From: Bacteroidota bacterium
GTDB lineage: Bacteria > Bacteroidota > Bacteroidia > Chitinophagales > LD1
Length of the DNA: 64,000 nucleotides
NCBI GenBank assembly: GCA_947478005.1
Contig: CANJVG010000005.1
Location: forward strand, 1,597 to 65,596
Direction of reading: 5' to 3'
Part shown: piece by piece, positions 9,357-17,372 of the stretch
Numbering within the stretch: position 1 is the first letter of the stretch
Layout: each line of letters starts with the position of its first letter
Program-made: the position numbers and the translations under genes
The notes under the pieces: generated by a model
Databases searched by the model: none
What the model was told of the DNA's origin: nothing
Seen by the model: the letters and a program-made list of their open reading frames with translations, nothing else

Positions 9357-10226
9357 ATGATAAAATTTATATTGGGCATTCTATTCTTAATAATTGTTGC
9401 GGTTGCTTACATTTTAGGGCTTAGAACTCTTCATCTTGATTTACTTGAAACATTTACATCAGAAGCCAGTGGTGCTGCATTTGGTGGATTTATTGGTGGC
9501 TTATTTGTATGGTCGATGCGTGAAGTCTATGTACATTGGAGAAAAAGACCAAAACATGTTGTTACATATTTTGTTGCTGACAATAAGGAAGAAATTTATG
9601 GTAAGCTATTACATCATCGGGGTGAGCGAGTTTTAAATAAGGATGAAATAAAAAAGGTGCTAGGTGATAATGTAAACTCGGAAGTAATTAGTAATGGATT
9701 ATGGGAATATAAATTAACAGCAGATCATTTGCATAAGAATAAGGCTGCGTTCTATGGTCCCTATACTTATGATTTAACCGAGCCCGGAACTTATGAAGCA
9801 AGCTTTCACTATTATGGTAGAGGTTTTGAGGAAAAAAAGGAGGAAAATCCTATGTTGTTTCATGTTGATGTGGTTTTGAAACAAAATATTGATGAACACC
9901 TCCAATATTATGACGATAATGCTCAACTTATACCTGTTCAAAATAAGCATATTGGACAGAAGAAAGTCATAATTAAAGGTAAGAAGCACCTTTATTATAA
10001 AGATTTTATTGCCGACAAAAAAAAAGAAGCAAACTCTGGAAGGGTTATGAAATTAAGATTTTATTATGATGGCGTGGGTGATTTTGAATTTCGAGCTTAT
10101 GTTCCCGATCAACCTGACACTGCTTTTGGAGAAGTTGTTACTCTTCTTGGAAAGGGCTGCCGTGTATTTTTCTTCAAAGTCGAAATCAATCAAGTTTTCG
10201 CAATTGAAATACCCGAAGCTATTTAG
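9357..10226 (+). CDS. hypothetical membrane protein (two N-terminal TM helices plus a ~220 aa soluble domain)
   Basis: 289 aa ORF in an AT-rich islet. TM1 is FILGILFLIIVAVAYILGL and TM2 is AAFGGFIGGLFVWSM. I recognise no family motif. Confidence 0.6.
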   Translation: MIKFILGILFLIIVAVAYILGLRTLHLDLLETFTSEASGAAFGGFIGGLFVWSMREVYVHWRKRPKHVVTYFVADNKEEIYGKLLHHRGERVLNKDEIKKVLGDNVNSEVISNGLWEYKLTADHLHKNKAAFYGPYTYDLTEPGTYEASFHYYGRGFEEKKEENPMLFHVDVVLKQNIDEHLQYYDDNAQLIPVQNKHIGQKKVIIKGKKHLYYKDFIADKKKEANSGRVMKLRFYYDGVGDFEFRAYVPDQPDTAFGEVVTLLGKGCRVFFFKVEINQVFAIEIPEAI

Positions 10227-10268
10227 TGCCATAGAAACCAGTTTAGGTTATATCAATATCCACTAACA

Positions 10269-11021
10269 ATGATTCAACAATATGAAAACACTTTAAGGAA
10301 TATTATTTCCATGATAATCGGATCTTCTGACACGGTTGATTATGGAATAACTCAAGAAAGAATTGGAAAATGGAAGGAAAAACGAGAAATAGAAAAAAAG
10401 AAATATTCAGGAATTCTTACGGAGCCCCGAATAATCTATTACTCTGATTTTTTTGATTTAAAGGTTATCATTGGAAAAAGATGGGAATTGTTCAAGGATA
10501 TCTTAATCGAAAAAAAGAGATTTGACGTTCTCTTTGATGAAGTTGAAATGTTTAGAAATACAATTGCACACGGAAGAGAATTATTCCCTCACCAAAAGGA
10601 ATTGTTAGCAGGTATTGTAGGTGATTTAAAACTTAAGCTTGTAATTTATCATAATAAGGGCATGAATACAGATGACTATTTTATCAAAATTTTGAAGGTT
10701 TCCGATAGCCTAGGGAACACAGGCGAATGGAAACAGGAGAGCAACATAGCAATCAGAGCAAAAAAGAATTTGAAAGTTGGTGATGAAATCGACATTCTGG
10801 TAGATGCCTATGATCCTAAAGGTAGACAAATTAAATATGAGTTAACTGGTCATCACAATGGGAATTGGTATAGAGTTTCAAGCGATAAAAATTGTCTCAA
10901 ATTTAAGGCAGGCAAAGAAATGATTTCTCAAATCTATGGACTTCACATTAGCGTTTCAACTGAAGAAGCTGACTATAAAAATGAGGCTAGAGCAAATATA
11001 TTGTATTCGATACTGCCATAA
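10269..11021 (+). CDS. Swt1-like HEPN domain protein with an unassigned C-terminal domain
   Basis: HEPN Rx4H motif FRNTIAHGR (R96...H101, nt 10554-10571). Before it lie helical segments typical of Swt1-like HEPN (LRNIISMII...W..KRE...YSDFFDLKVII..RWELF). The gene sits 42 nt downstream of the membrane protein on the same strand. Confidence 0.65.
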   Translation: MIQQYENTLRNIISMIIGSSDTVDYGITQERIGKWKEKREIEKKKYSGILTEPRIIYYSDFFDLKVIIGKRWELFKDILIEKKRFDVLFDEVEMFRNTIAHGRELFPHQKELLAGIVGDLKLKLVIYHNKGMNTDDYFIKILKVSDSLGNTGEWKQESNIAIRAKKNLKVGDEIDILVDAYDPKGRQIKYELTGHHNGNWYRVSSDKNCLKFKAGKEMISQIYGLHISVSTEEADYKNEARANILYSILP

Positions 11022-11244
11022 GTTTAGCTTTTCGTCTTGGCCGGGTCTCCGCATAGGTACGCCCGTAACTCAAATCTAACCTTCCCTCCGTATTTCCCTC
11101 TGCCTTGAGGATTTGGGAGTTAAAAAATTTATTGAGTGGAGCGTTACAAATCCATTTGCTTCCTTAGAAAATGGACATTGGATGAAAGAATGGCTTTTTT
11201 TTCGATTTCTGCCACTATTTTATTGAATTAAGTGCATTTAACAC

Positions 11245-11368
11245 AAATGCAGACCCCTCCTAGTTACGGTTTGGAGCCCCCTGGATAAATGCAAGACCCT
11301 CCAAGTTGGGGTTTGGAGCCCCCTGCATAAATGCAAACCCTTCCAAGTTGCGGTTTGGAGCCTACTCC
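11245..11368. repeat. 3 tandem copies of a 42-bp unit (AAATGCAGACCCCTCCTAGTTACGGTTTGGAGCCCCCTGGAT)
   Basis: Units at 11245-11286, 11287-11328 and 11329-11368 (the last is degenerate). Intergenic, upstream of the S8 protease gene. Confidence 0.8.
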
Positions 11369-11418
11369 AGAACTGTTAGAGTTTCTGACCCACGGTTAAA
11401 CATATCTGTATTTCGAAA

Positions 11419-11487
11419 TCAAACAACCTCAAACCACTTTCAAACAATATCAAACAATGGTCAAACCCCGTCAAACCAAAATCAACC
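11419..11487. promoter_or_regulatory. seven helically phased TCAAAC motifs (alternating 10/11 bp spacing)
   Basis: Motif starts at 11419, 11429, 11440, 11450, 11461, 11471 and 11482 (the last is TCAACC). The array lies 120-185 bp upstream of the ATG at 11605. Confidence 0.5.
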
Positions 11488-11604
11488 ACCCCCTTCCCTG
11501 TCTTCTTTCCGCCATTCTACATTTCGAAAGTGGATAAAACCCGCCCAATTAAGCACCTTCGATAACCGATTAGCTTTACCTTTAAATTACAAAAGCTTCA
11601 TGCT

Positions 11605-14600
11605 ATGAAACAACGCATCTACTCTGCCCTGCTTACCCTCGCCATCTGTTGCTTTCTTCAACCTTCTCAGGCACAACAGGCCATCGTTTCCTCCAAGCTC
11701 GACCTGCGCCTGTTCAAGCGCCTGCAACAAGGCGACATTCGCAATCAAAACATGCCCCTGCTCGTGCGTGGCAATCAAGACCTGATAAAAGAACTCACCG
11801 AGAGCCTTAAAGGCATTTACAAATATGGCTACAACGGCATTTCTTCAGTTGAAATTCCCGAAAAGAACCTGCTTGCTTTTTCCAACAGCAAAGCCGTGGA
11901 GAAAATCGAAAGCACGGGTGGCAAAGGCGTCTTCCTGATGGACACCGCCCGCATCCGCAACAATGTCGACAGTGTGCTCGGTGGCTTCGCTCCGCTGGTG
12001 AATAGTTTGAAGGGCAAGAATGTGGTGGTGGGCATTATAGATGGCGGCATCTACTGGCAGCATTTCGATTTCAAAAAACCAACCGACAGCACCACGCGCA
12101 TCAAATACATTTGGGACCAGGTAGCTACCGGTGGCATCACCCCGGCCCCCTACAATTATGGTCGCCAGTGGTCTTCTACCGAAATAAACAACGGCACTTG
12201 TACCCACACTCCACCTAACAGCGATTTTGGCCACGGCACCTGTGTGGCAGGCATTGCTGCGGGCAACAGTCTTTCCACCAAGGGCACTGCTTATCAGGGT
12301 CAGTTTACAGGCGTGGCTCCAGAAGCCGACATCATTGCCGTGCGCATTCCATCAGGCACCGGCAATAATTTCATGACTAAGATTACCGATGCCGTGGATT
12401 ATATTTTTAAGAAGGCCGATTCTTTGGGCAAACCCTGCGTTATCAATACCAGCGTAGGCGATTACTATGGGTCACACGATGGAAACGATTTAGCCACTCA
12501 AATGATTGATGCAATGATTACCCAGAAGAACGGCAGAGTATTAGTGGCCGCTGCGGGCAATGGCGGGCAGATTCCTTTTCACCTGTCCTACAATATTCCT
12601 ACCGATTCGGCTTACACACTTTTCAAATACAGCAATTCGTTTGGCGGTGTTTATTTCGATTGGTGGGCAGATACCGTTGATTTCAAAAATGCCAGCTTTG
12701 CTATTGGTTGCAATGCACCGCTCACGGGTGCCGATTCGGGCAGAACGGCCTATCTGAATGTGCCCGCCAACTTCAATCCTCCACCGGGCAACAGCGTGTT
12801 GAATACCTATAACTTAACCAGTCGTTCAGGAGTTGCCCTCGGCACCATTGATGTGTATGCCGCTTTGGATGATAACCGCTATCATGTAGAAGTAATAGTA
12901 ACCCCCGCCAACAACAGCTTCCTCTGGCGCCTGCAAACCAAGGGCACCGGCACCTTCGATTGTTGGGCTACCGAATCATTGATTGGCACTTCCGACATGA
13001 CCGATTATATCAATTCCGTGTACATCACCGACCCCGCCTACCGTCATCCCGATTACTTCAAAACGATGGTGAGCGCCTGGCAAAACAGCGACAAGGTAAT
13101 CACCGTGGGCAATTACTCCAACCGCGCGAGCTATCTCGACCGAGATGGCAACACCGTCAACCTCTTGCAGTCACCTTACTTCGAAACCGTGGGCAAAAGA
13201 TTCGGCACCTCGAGTTGGGGCCCCACCCGCGACAATCGTTTGAAGCCCGATGTAATGGCCACCGGCAGCACCACTATATGCACAGGCGATGCTAACTTCA
13301 TCGCCCTCGCCACCGCCCCTGCCAATCGCGTTAAGGTCTCCATCACCCTCAAACACATTCGCAACGGAGGAACCTCCATGGCATCTCCGCTAGTTGCGGG
13401 CATTGCCGCGCTTTACTTAGAGAAATACCCGCACGCTTCTTATAGCGAAATTAAACAGGCGCTCATTTGCACTGCCAAGTCCGATGCTTTCACAGGCATC
13501 ACCCCGAACTACGAATACGGCAACGGTAAAGTAGATGCGTTTGCTGCCATTGCACACTCCTGCATCCGCTATGGCACAAGCGACACCTCCTGCGCCAACT
13601 ACAATCCTTCTGCCAACACCGACACCGGTTGCGTGGCAAAGATTTACGGCATCATGGACACCGCCTGCACGAACTACAACCCACTGGCAAATACAACAGC
13701 GGGTATCTGTGTTCCGAAGGTTTATGGAGTAATGGATACCGCTTGTCTGAACTACAATTCCTTAGCAAATGTAAGTGGAGGCGTTTGTGTCCCGAAAGTT
13801 TACGGAGTGATGGACACCGCCTGTATGAACTACAACGCCTTAGCGAATGTTAGCGGAGGAGTTTGTGTTGCTAAAGTTTATGGAGTGATGGATACTGCTT
13901 GCATGAACTACAATGCCTTAGCAAATGTAAGCGGAGGCATTTGTGTTCCGAAAGTTTATGGAGTAATGGACACTGCCTGCATCAACTACAACCCTTTAGC
14001 AAATGTTAGTGGTGGTGTTTGTGTTCCGAAAGTTTATGGTGTGATGGATACTGCTTGCATGAACTATAACGCATTAGCAAATGTTAGCGGAGGTATTTGT
14101 GTTCCGAAAGTTTATGGAGTGATGGACACTGCTTGCATGAACTACAATGCATTAGCGAATGCTGCCGGAGGAGTGTGTGTCCCAAAAGTTTATGGAGTGA
14201 TGGACACTGCCTGCATGAACTACAACGCTTTGGCGAATGTAGATGGTGGAGTTTGTGTTCCCAAAGTTTATGGAGTAATGGATACTGCTTGTATGAACTA
14301 CAACGCTTTGGCAAATGTAGATGGTGGAGTATGTGTTCCTAAAGTTTACGGAGTCATGGACACTGCCTGCATGAACTATAACGCATTAGCGAATGTTAGC
14401 GGTGGTGTATGTGTTGCTAAGGTTTATGGAGTGATGGACACCGCTTGTATCAACTATAACGCTTTGGCAAATGTAGATGGTGGAATATGTGTTGCTAAAG
14501 TTTATGGGGTAATGGACACTGCTTGTATGAACTACAACGCTTTGGCAAATGTTAGTGTTGGAGTATGCGTTCCGAAAGTTTATGGAGTAATGGATACTGC

Positions 14601-15084
14601 ATGTATGAACTACAACTCGCTGGCTAACATCGATAACGGAACTTGTGTAGCCAAAATATACGGTGTTACTGATACCGGCTGTATCAATTTCAATCCTGCG
14701 GCTAATATTGATGGAGGTGGATGTATGGCTAAAGTATATGGAGCTACCGATACCACTTGTGTAAACTACAATGCATTGGCAAATGTGAATGATGGTAGCT
14801 GCATAACCTCTTCCATTTCAGTTATAGCTTCACAAGCTGTCAGCGTGCAGGTAATCCCGAATCCTTTCCGTAATCAAACAAATTTCATCCTTGAGGGATT
14901 GAAGTTTACAACGGGCAGAATTAAAATCTACAATCAGTTAGGCGAAGTAGTAGATGAACTCCCATTGATAGAAGGTAAATATCAGTACACCTATCGCAAC
15001 GATAAACTCGCTAAAGCGATTTATCATTATCTACTGCTGGCAGATGGAAAGATTATTAAAACAGGAAAGTTAGTAGTGGAATAA
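11605..15084 (+). CDS. secreted subtilisin-like (S8) serine protease with a 16x26-aa Cys-containing repeat array and a T9SS type-A C-terminal sorting domain
   Basis: Signal peptide MKQRIYSALLTLAICCFLQPSQAQ. Catalytic triad contexts are VGIIDGG (Asp), HGTCVAGIAAG (His) and GTSMASPLVAGIAALY (Ser). Repeats G(V)MDTACxNYNxLANxxGGxCVxKVY span nt 13573-14802. The C-terminal tail is VQVIPNPFRNQTNFIL...GKLVVE. Confidence 0.9.
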   Translation: MKQRIYSALLTLAICCFLQPSQAQQAIVSSKLDLRLFKRLQQGDIRNQNMPLLVRGNQDLIKELTESLKGIYKYGYNGISSVEIPEKNLLAFSNSKAVEKIESTGGKGVFLMDTARIRNNVDSVLGGFAPLVNSLKGKNVVVGIIDGGIYWQHFDFKKPTDSTTRIKYIWDQVATGGITPAPYNYGRQWSSTEINNGTCTHTPPNSDFGHGTCVAGIAAGNSLSTKGTAYQGQFTGVAPEADIIAVRIPSGTGNNFMTKITDAVDYIFKKADSLGKPCVINTSVGDYYGSHDGNDLATQMIDAMITQKNGRVLVAAAGNGGQIPFHLSYNIPTDSAYTLFKYSNSFGGVYFDWWADTVDFKNASFAIGCNAPLTGADSGRTAYLNVPANFNPPPGNSVLNTYNLTSRSGVALGTIDVYAALDDNRYHVEVIVTPANNSFLWRLQTKGTGTFDCWATESLIGTSDMTDYINSVYITDPAYRHPDYFKTMVSAWQNSDKVITVGNYSNRASYLDRDGNTVNLLQSPYFETVGKRFGTSSWGPTRDNRLKPDVMATGSTTICTGDANFIALATAPANRVKVSITLKHIRNGGTSMASPLVAGIAALYLEKYPHASYSEIKQALICTAKSDAFTGITPNYEYGNGKVDAFAAIAHSCIRYGTSDTSCANYNPSANTDTGCVAKIYGIMDTACTNYNPLANTTAGICVPKVYGVMDTACLNYNSLANVSGGVCVPKVYGVMDTACMNYNALANVSGGVCVAKVYGVMDTACMNYNALANVSGGICVPKVYGVMDTACINYNPLANVSGGVCVPKVYGVMDTACMNYNALANVSGGICVPKVYGVMDTACMNYNALANAAGGVCVPKVYGVMDTACMNYNALANVDGGVCVPKVYGVMDTACMNYNALANVDGGVCVPKVYGVMDTACMNYNALANVSGGVCVAKVYGVMDTACINYNALANVDGGICVAKVYGVMDTACMNYNALANVSVGVCVPKVYGVMDTACMNYNSLANIDNGTCVAKIYGVTDTGCINFNPAANIDGGGCMAKVYGATDTTCVNYNALANVNDGSCITSSISVIASQAVSVQVIPNPFRNQTNFILEGLKFTTGRIKIYNQLGEVVDELPLIEGKYQYTYRNDKLAKAIYHYLLLADGKIIKTGKLVVE
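13573..14802 (+). repeat. 16 tandem 78-bp coding repeats inside the S8 protease gene
   Basis: The period was confirmed at nucleotide level (for example TACGGAGTGATGG at 13801 and TATGGAGTGATGG at 13879). Central copies are near-identical and edge copies more diverged. Confidence 0.9.
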
Positions 15085-15099
15085 TCCGCTACGAAGCAA

Positions 15100-16254
15100 C
15101 TACTTGCTGATAACTATTTTCTTACTGATACCATATCCCTTGCTGTCAACACGGAGGATATAAACTCCGTTAGCAATAGCAGATGTGTTTACCTGGAATG
15201 AAAATGTATTCTCTTTCACCGAAGTTTGTGAAACAATTCTTCCTGTCAGGTCAGCAACAGTAACTTGCTCAATCGGTAAGGTACCATCATTCAGACTTAC
15301 CTGAATTTCATTCTGTGCAGGATTAGGATAAACAGCAAGCAGAGGTTTTAAATCCTGTGTCGCTATGCCGGTTGTCTGTTGTTGTGCAGTCCAACGAAAG
15401 CGACTAAAGAATCTCCATATCTCTACCGAGTAGGTAATGTCATTTGCCGAAGTCAACCATTGGTGTGTTCCTCCCACTACTTTAAAAAACTCTACCTCTG
15501 TGTTGTACCTGCCATTAGGGTATTTATAATGAACAACGGTTCTGCCATCATTCTTTGTGTTGGGAATAGAATCAATAATGGCGGTTGTATCGCAACCGTT
15601 ATTGTTTACCCAATATTTCACCAATTCTTCCGGGTCATTTCCAAAGGTTCCACCTGAATAGGCGATTGTAGAATCTGCCGTACCATGAAAATGGGCTACC
15701 GGTATGGCTCTTCCCGGTTGACAGTTGAGTGTTCCACCAATAGTACCCGAAACAGAAGCAATAGCCGCAACTCTGTTGTTCAGTTCACAGGCTAATCGGT
15801 TACTCATAAACCCGCCCATCGAAAAACCCGTAGCAAAGATACGCGATTGGTCTATATTGTATTTTGCGGACACAGTATCCATCAATGCATTTAAAAATCC
15901 TACATCATCGACACTGGCGTTCAACGAAATGCCAAAGGCTCCTGCTCCTGAGTTCCAGGCAGTGGCGCCTGTAAATAAATTATCTACCAAAGCCTGCGGT
16001 ATGGCAAAGATGAACTTAGCTGTATCGGCAATAGATTTGAAATTGATGTTTTTGAAGCTATTCATGTTATCTCCCAAACCATGTAATGCCACTACAAAAG
16101 GCACTGTATCAGTAATTTGATACGAAGCAGGGACATACAATAGATATTGTCGGTTAACTCCACCGAAGGAGAAACTCTTTGTAAGATATGTCTGTGATTG
16201 AGCAATACCAACAACCATCAAAATCAAAAAGGTGCAAGCGTATATTTTCTTCAT
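15100..16254 (-). CDS. secreted PHB-depolymerase-family esterase with a T9SS type-A C-terminal sorting domain
   Basis: Start reassigned to MKKIYACTFLILMVVGIAQSQ (ATG at 16254-16252). Family motifs are RQYLLYVPASY...VVALHG and the nucleophile elbow GFSMGG. The C-terminal tail is LAVYPNPAQNEIQVSL...GVYILRV. Confidence 0.8.
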   Translation of the reverse strand: MKKIYACTFLILMVVGIAQSQTYLTKSFSFGGVNRQYLLYVPASYQITDTVPFVVALHGLGDNMNSFKNINFKSIADTAKFIFAIPQALVDNLFTGATAWNSGAGAFGISLNASVDDVGFLNALMDTVSAKYNIDQSRIFATGFSMGGFMSNRLACELNNRVAAIASVSGTIGGTLNCQPGRAIPVAHFHGTADSTIAYSGGTFGNDPEELVKYWVNNNGCDTTAIIDSIPNTKNDGRTVVHYKYPNGRYNTEVEFFKVVGGTHQWLTSANDITYSVEIWRFFSRFRWTAQQQTTGIATQDLKPLLAVYPNPAQNEIQVSLNDGTLPIEQVTVADLTGRIVSQTSVKENTFSFQVNTSAIANGVYILRVDSKGYGISKKIVISK

Positions 16255-16533
16255 AATTAAATAAGGTTTTGAACAAAAATAGAATTTAGGCGAACAAAAA
16301 TAGGAGCGGAGATACATACAGCGAACCTTTTTTTTGAGCATCTGCTTTTTATGATTCGCTATCAATTCAAAAATACTTTTTATATTCATCACATGATTCG
16401 CAACCAGATTATTACCGCTTCGTATTATCGCTATCGGCATAGCGGGCAGTAGTATAATTAGATGCACATCAAAAATATTTACGCCCGGCTCTAACGAACC
16501 GGGTTTTTTTATGCCAATTATTAAATAGAAACT

Positions 16534-17262
16534 ATGTTACAGCAGCAATACGAAACCTATACAGCCGAGCATTTCGAGGTATGGAAGATTCTTTTTGAAA
16601 GGCAGATGAAAAATCTGCACGACACCGCTACAGCTAAGTATGCAGAAGGTTTAGATAAAATCAATTTCAACGCACATCGCATTCCTGATTTTAAAGAAAC
16701 CAATGCCCTTCTTGAAAAGCATACCGGCTGGCATATACAGGCTGTGCCGGGTATTATTCCCGATAAGGATTTTTTTCTGTTGCTAAATCAGCGCAAGTTT
16801 CCCGCTACCTGTTGGCTCCGCCAACTTTCGCAACTCAACTATATTCAGGAGCCTGATATGTTTCACGATGTATTTGGGCATATACCGTTGCTCACCGATG
16901 AGCATTTCTGCGAGTTCCTCTTTGGACTCAGCAAGATTGCACTGCAGCATATCGACAACCCTTATGCCATCGAGTTGATGAGCCGCATCTATTGGTTTAC
17001 GATTGAGTTTGGATTGATACAGGAAAACCATGCAGTTAAAATATATGGTGCCGGTATTATTTCTTCTGCTGGCGAAACAGAATATTCTTTAAGTAAGGTA
17101 CCAGGTCACTTTGCATTCGATGTGATTGAAGTGTTGAACTCACCTTTCCATAAAGATAAAATGCAGGAGAAGTATTTCATCATTCAGTCGTTTGAAGAGC
17201 TATACCATTGCCTTCCTGAGTTAGAGCAGCAGATCAATAAAATGGTTTCTGCTGCTCAGTAG
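16534..17262 (+). CDS. phhA: phenylalanine-4-hydroxylase (bacterial aromatic amino acid hydroxylase)
   Basis: YTAEHFEVWKILFERQ..., iron ligands in PDMFHDVFGHIPLL, and EFGL...IYGAGIISSAGE. Confidence 0.9.
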   Translation: MLQQQYETYTAEHFEVWKILFERQMKNLHDTATAKYAEGLDKINFNAHRIPDFKETNALLEKHTGWHIQAVPGIIPDKDFFLLLNQRKFPATCWLRQLSQLNYIQEPDMFHDVFGHIPLLTDEHFCEFLFGLSKIALQHIDNPYAIELMSRIYWFTIEFGLIQENHAVKIYGAGIISSAGETEYSLSKVPGHFAFDVIEVLNSPFHKDKMQEKYFIIQSFEELYHCLPELEQQINKMVSAAQ

Positions 17263-17319
17263 GTGATATAAAGAAGGTATGAGCATGGTTTGAATGCTTT
17301 ACACTAACTTACCTGAAAC

Positions 17320-17360
17320 AAAAAAGGTTCCGTATTGATACGGAACCTTTTTTGTTTTTT
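17320..17360. terminator. bidirectional intrinsic terminator between the convergent phhA and ompA-family genes
   Basis: AAAAAAGGTTCCGTA-TTGA-TACGGAACCTTTTTTGTTTTTT: a 9-bp stem flanked by an A-run and a T-run. Confidence 0.8.
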
Positions 17361-17372
17361 AAAGAGTCAACT

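Noticed and set aside
11306-11608. 100-aa + ORF just upstream of the protease gene
   Set aside because: It runs through the 42-bp repeats and the phased TCAAAC array. The peptide is low-complexity (QTxSN...) and ends overlapping the protease ATG. It is more likely regulatory DNA.
13535-14342. Several 61-81 aa ORFs in alternative frames and strands within the protease repeats
   Set aside because: They are repeat-propagated open frames. The S8 frame is continuous and motif-bearing.
16255-16467. 71-aa N-terminal extension of the esterase ORF in the track
   Set aside because: The internal start MKKIYACTF... is followed by a proper signal peptide. The extension has no coding character.
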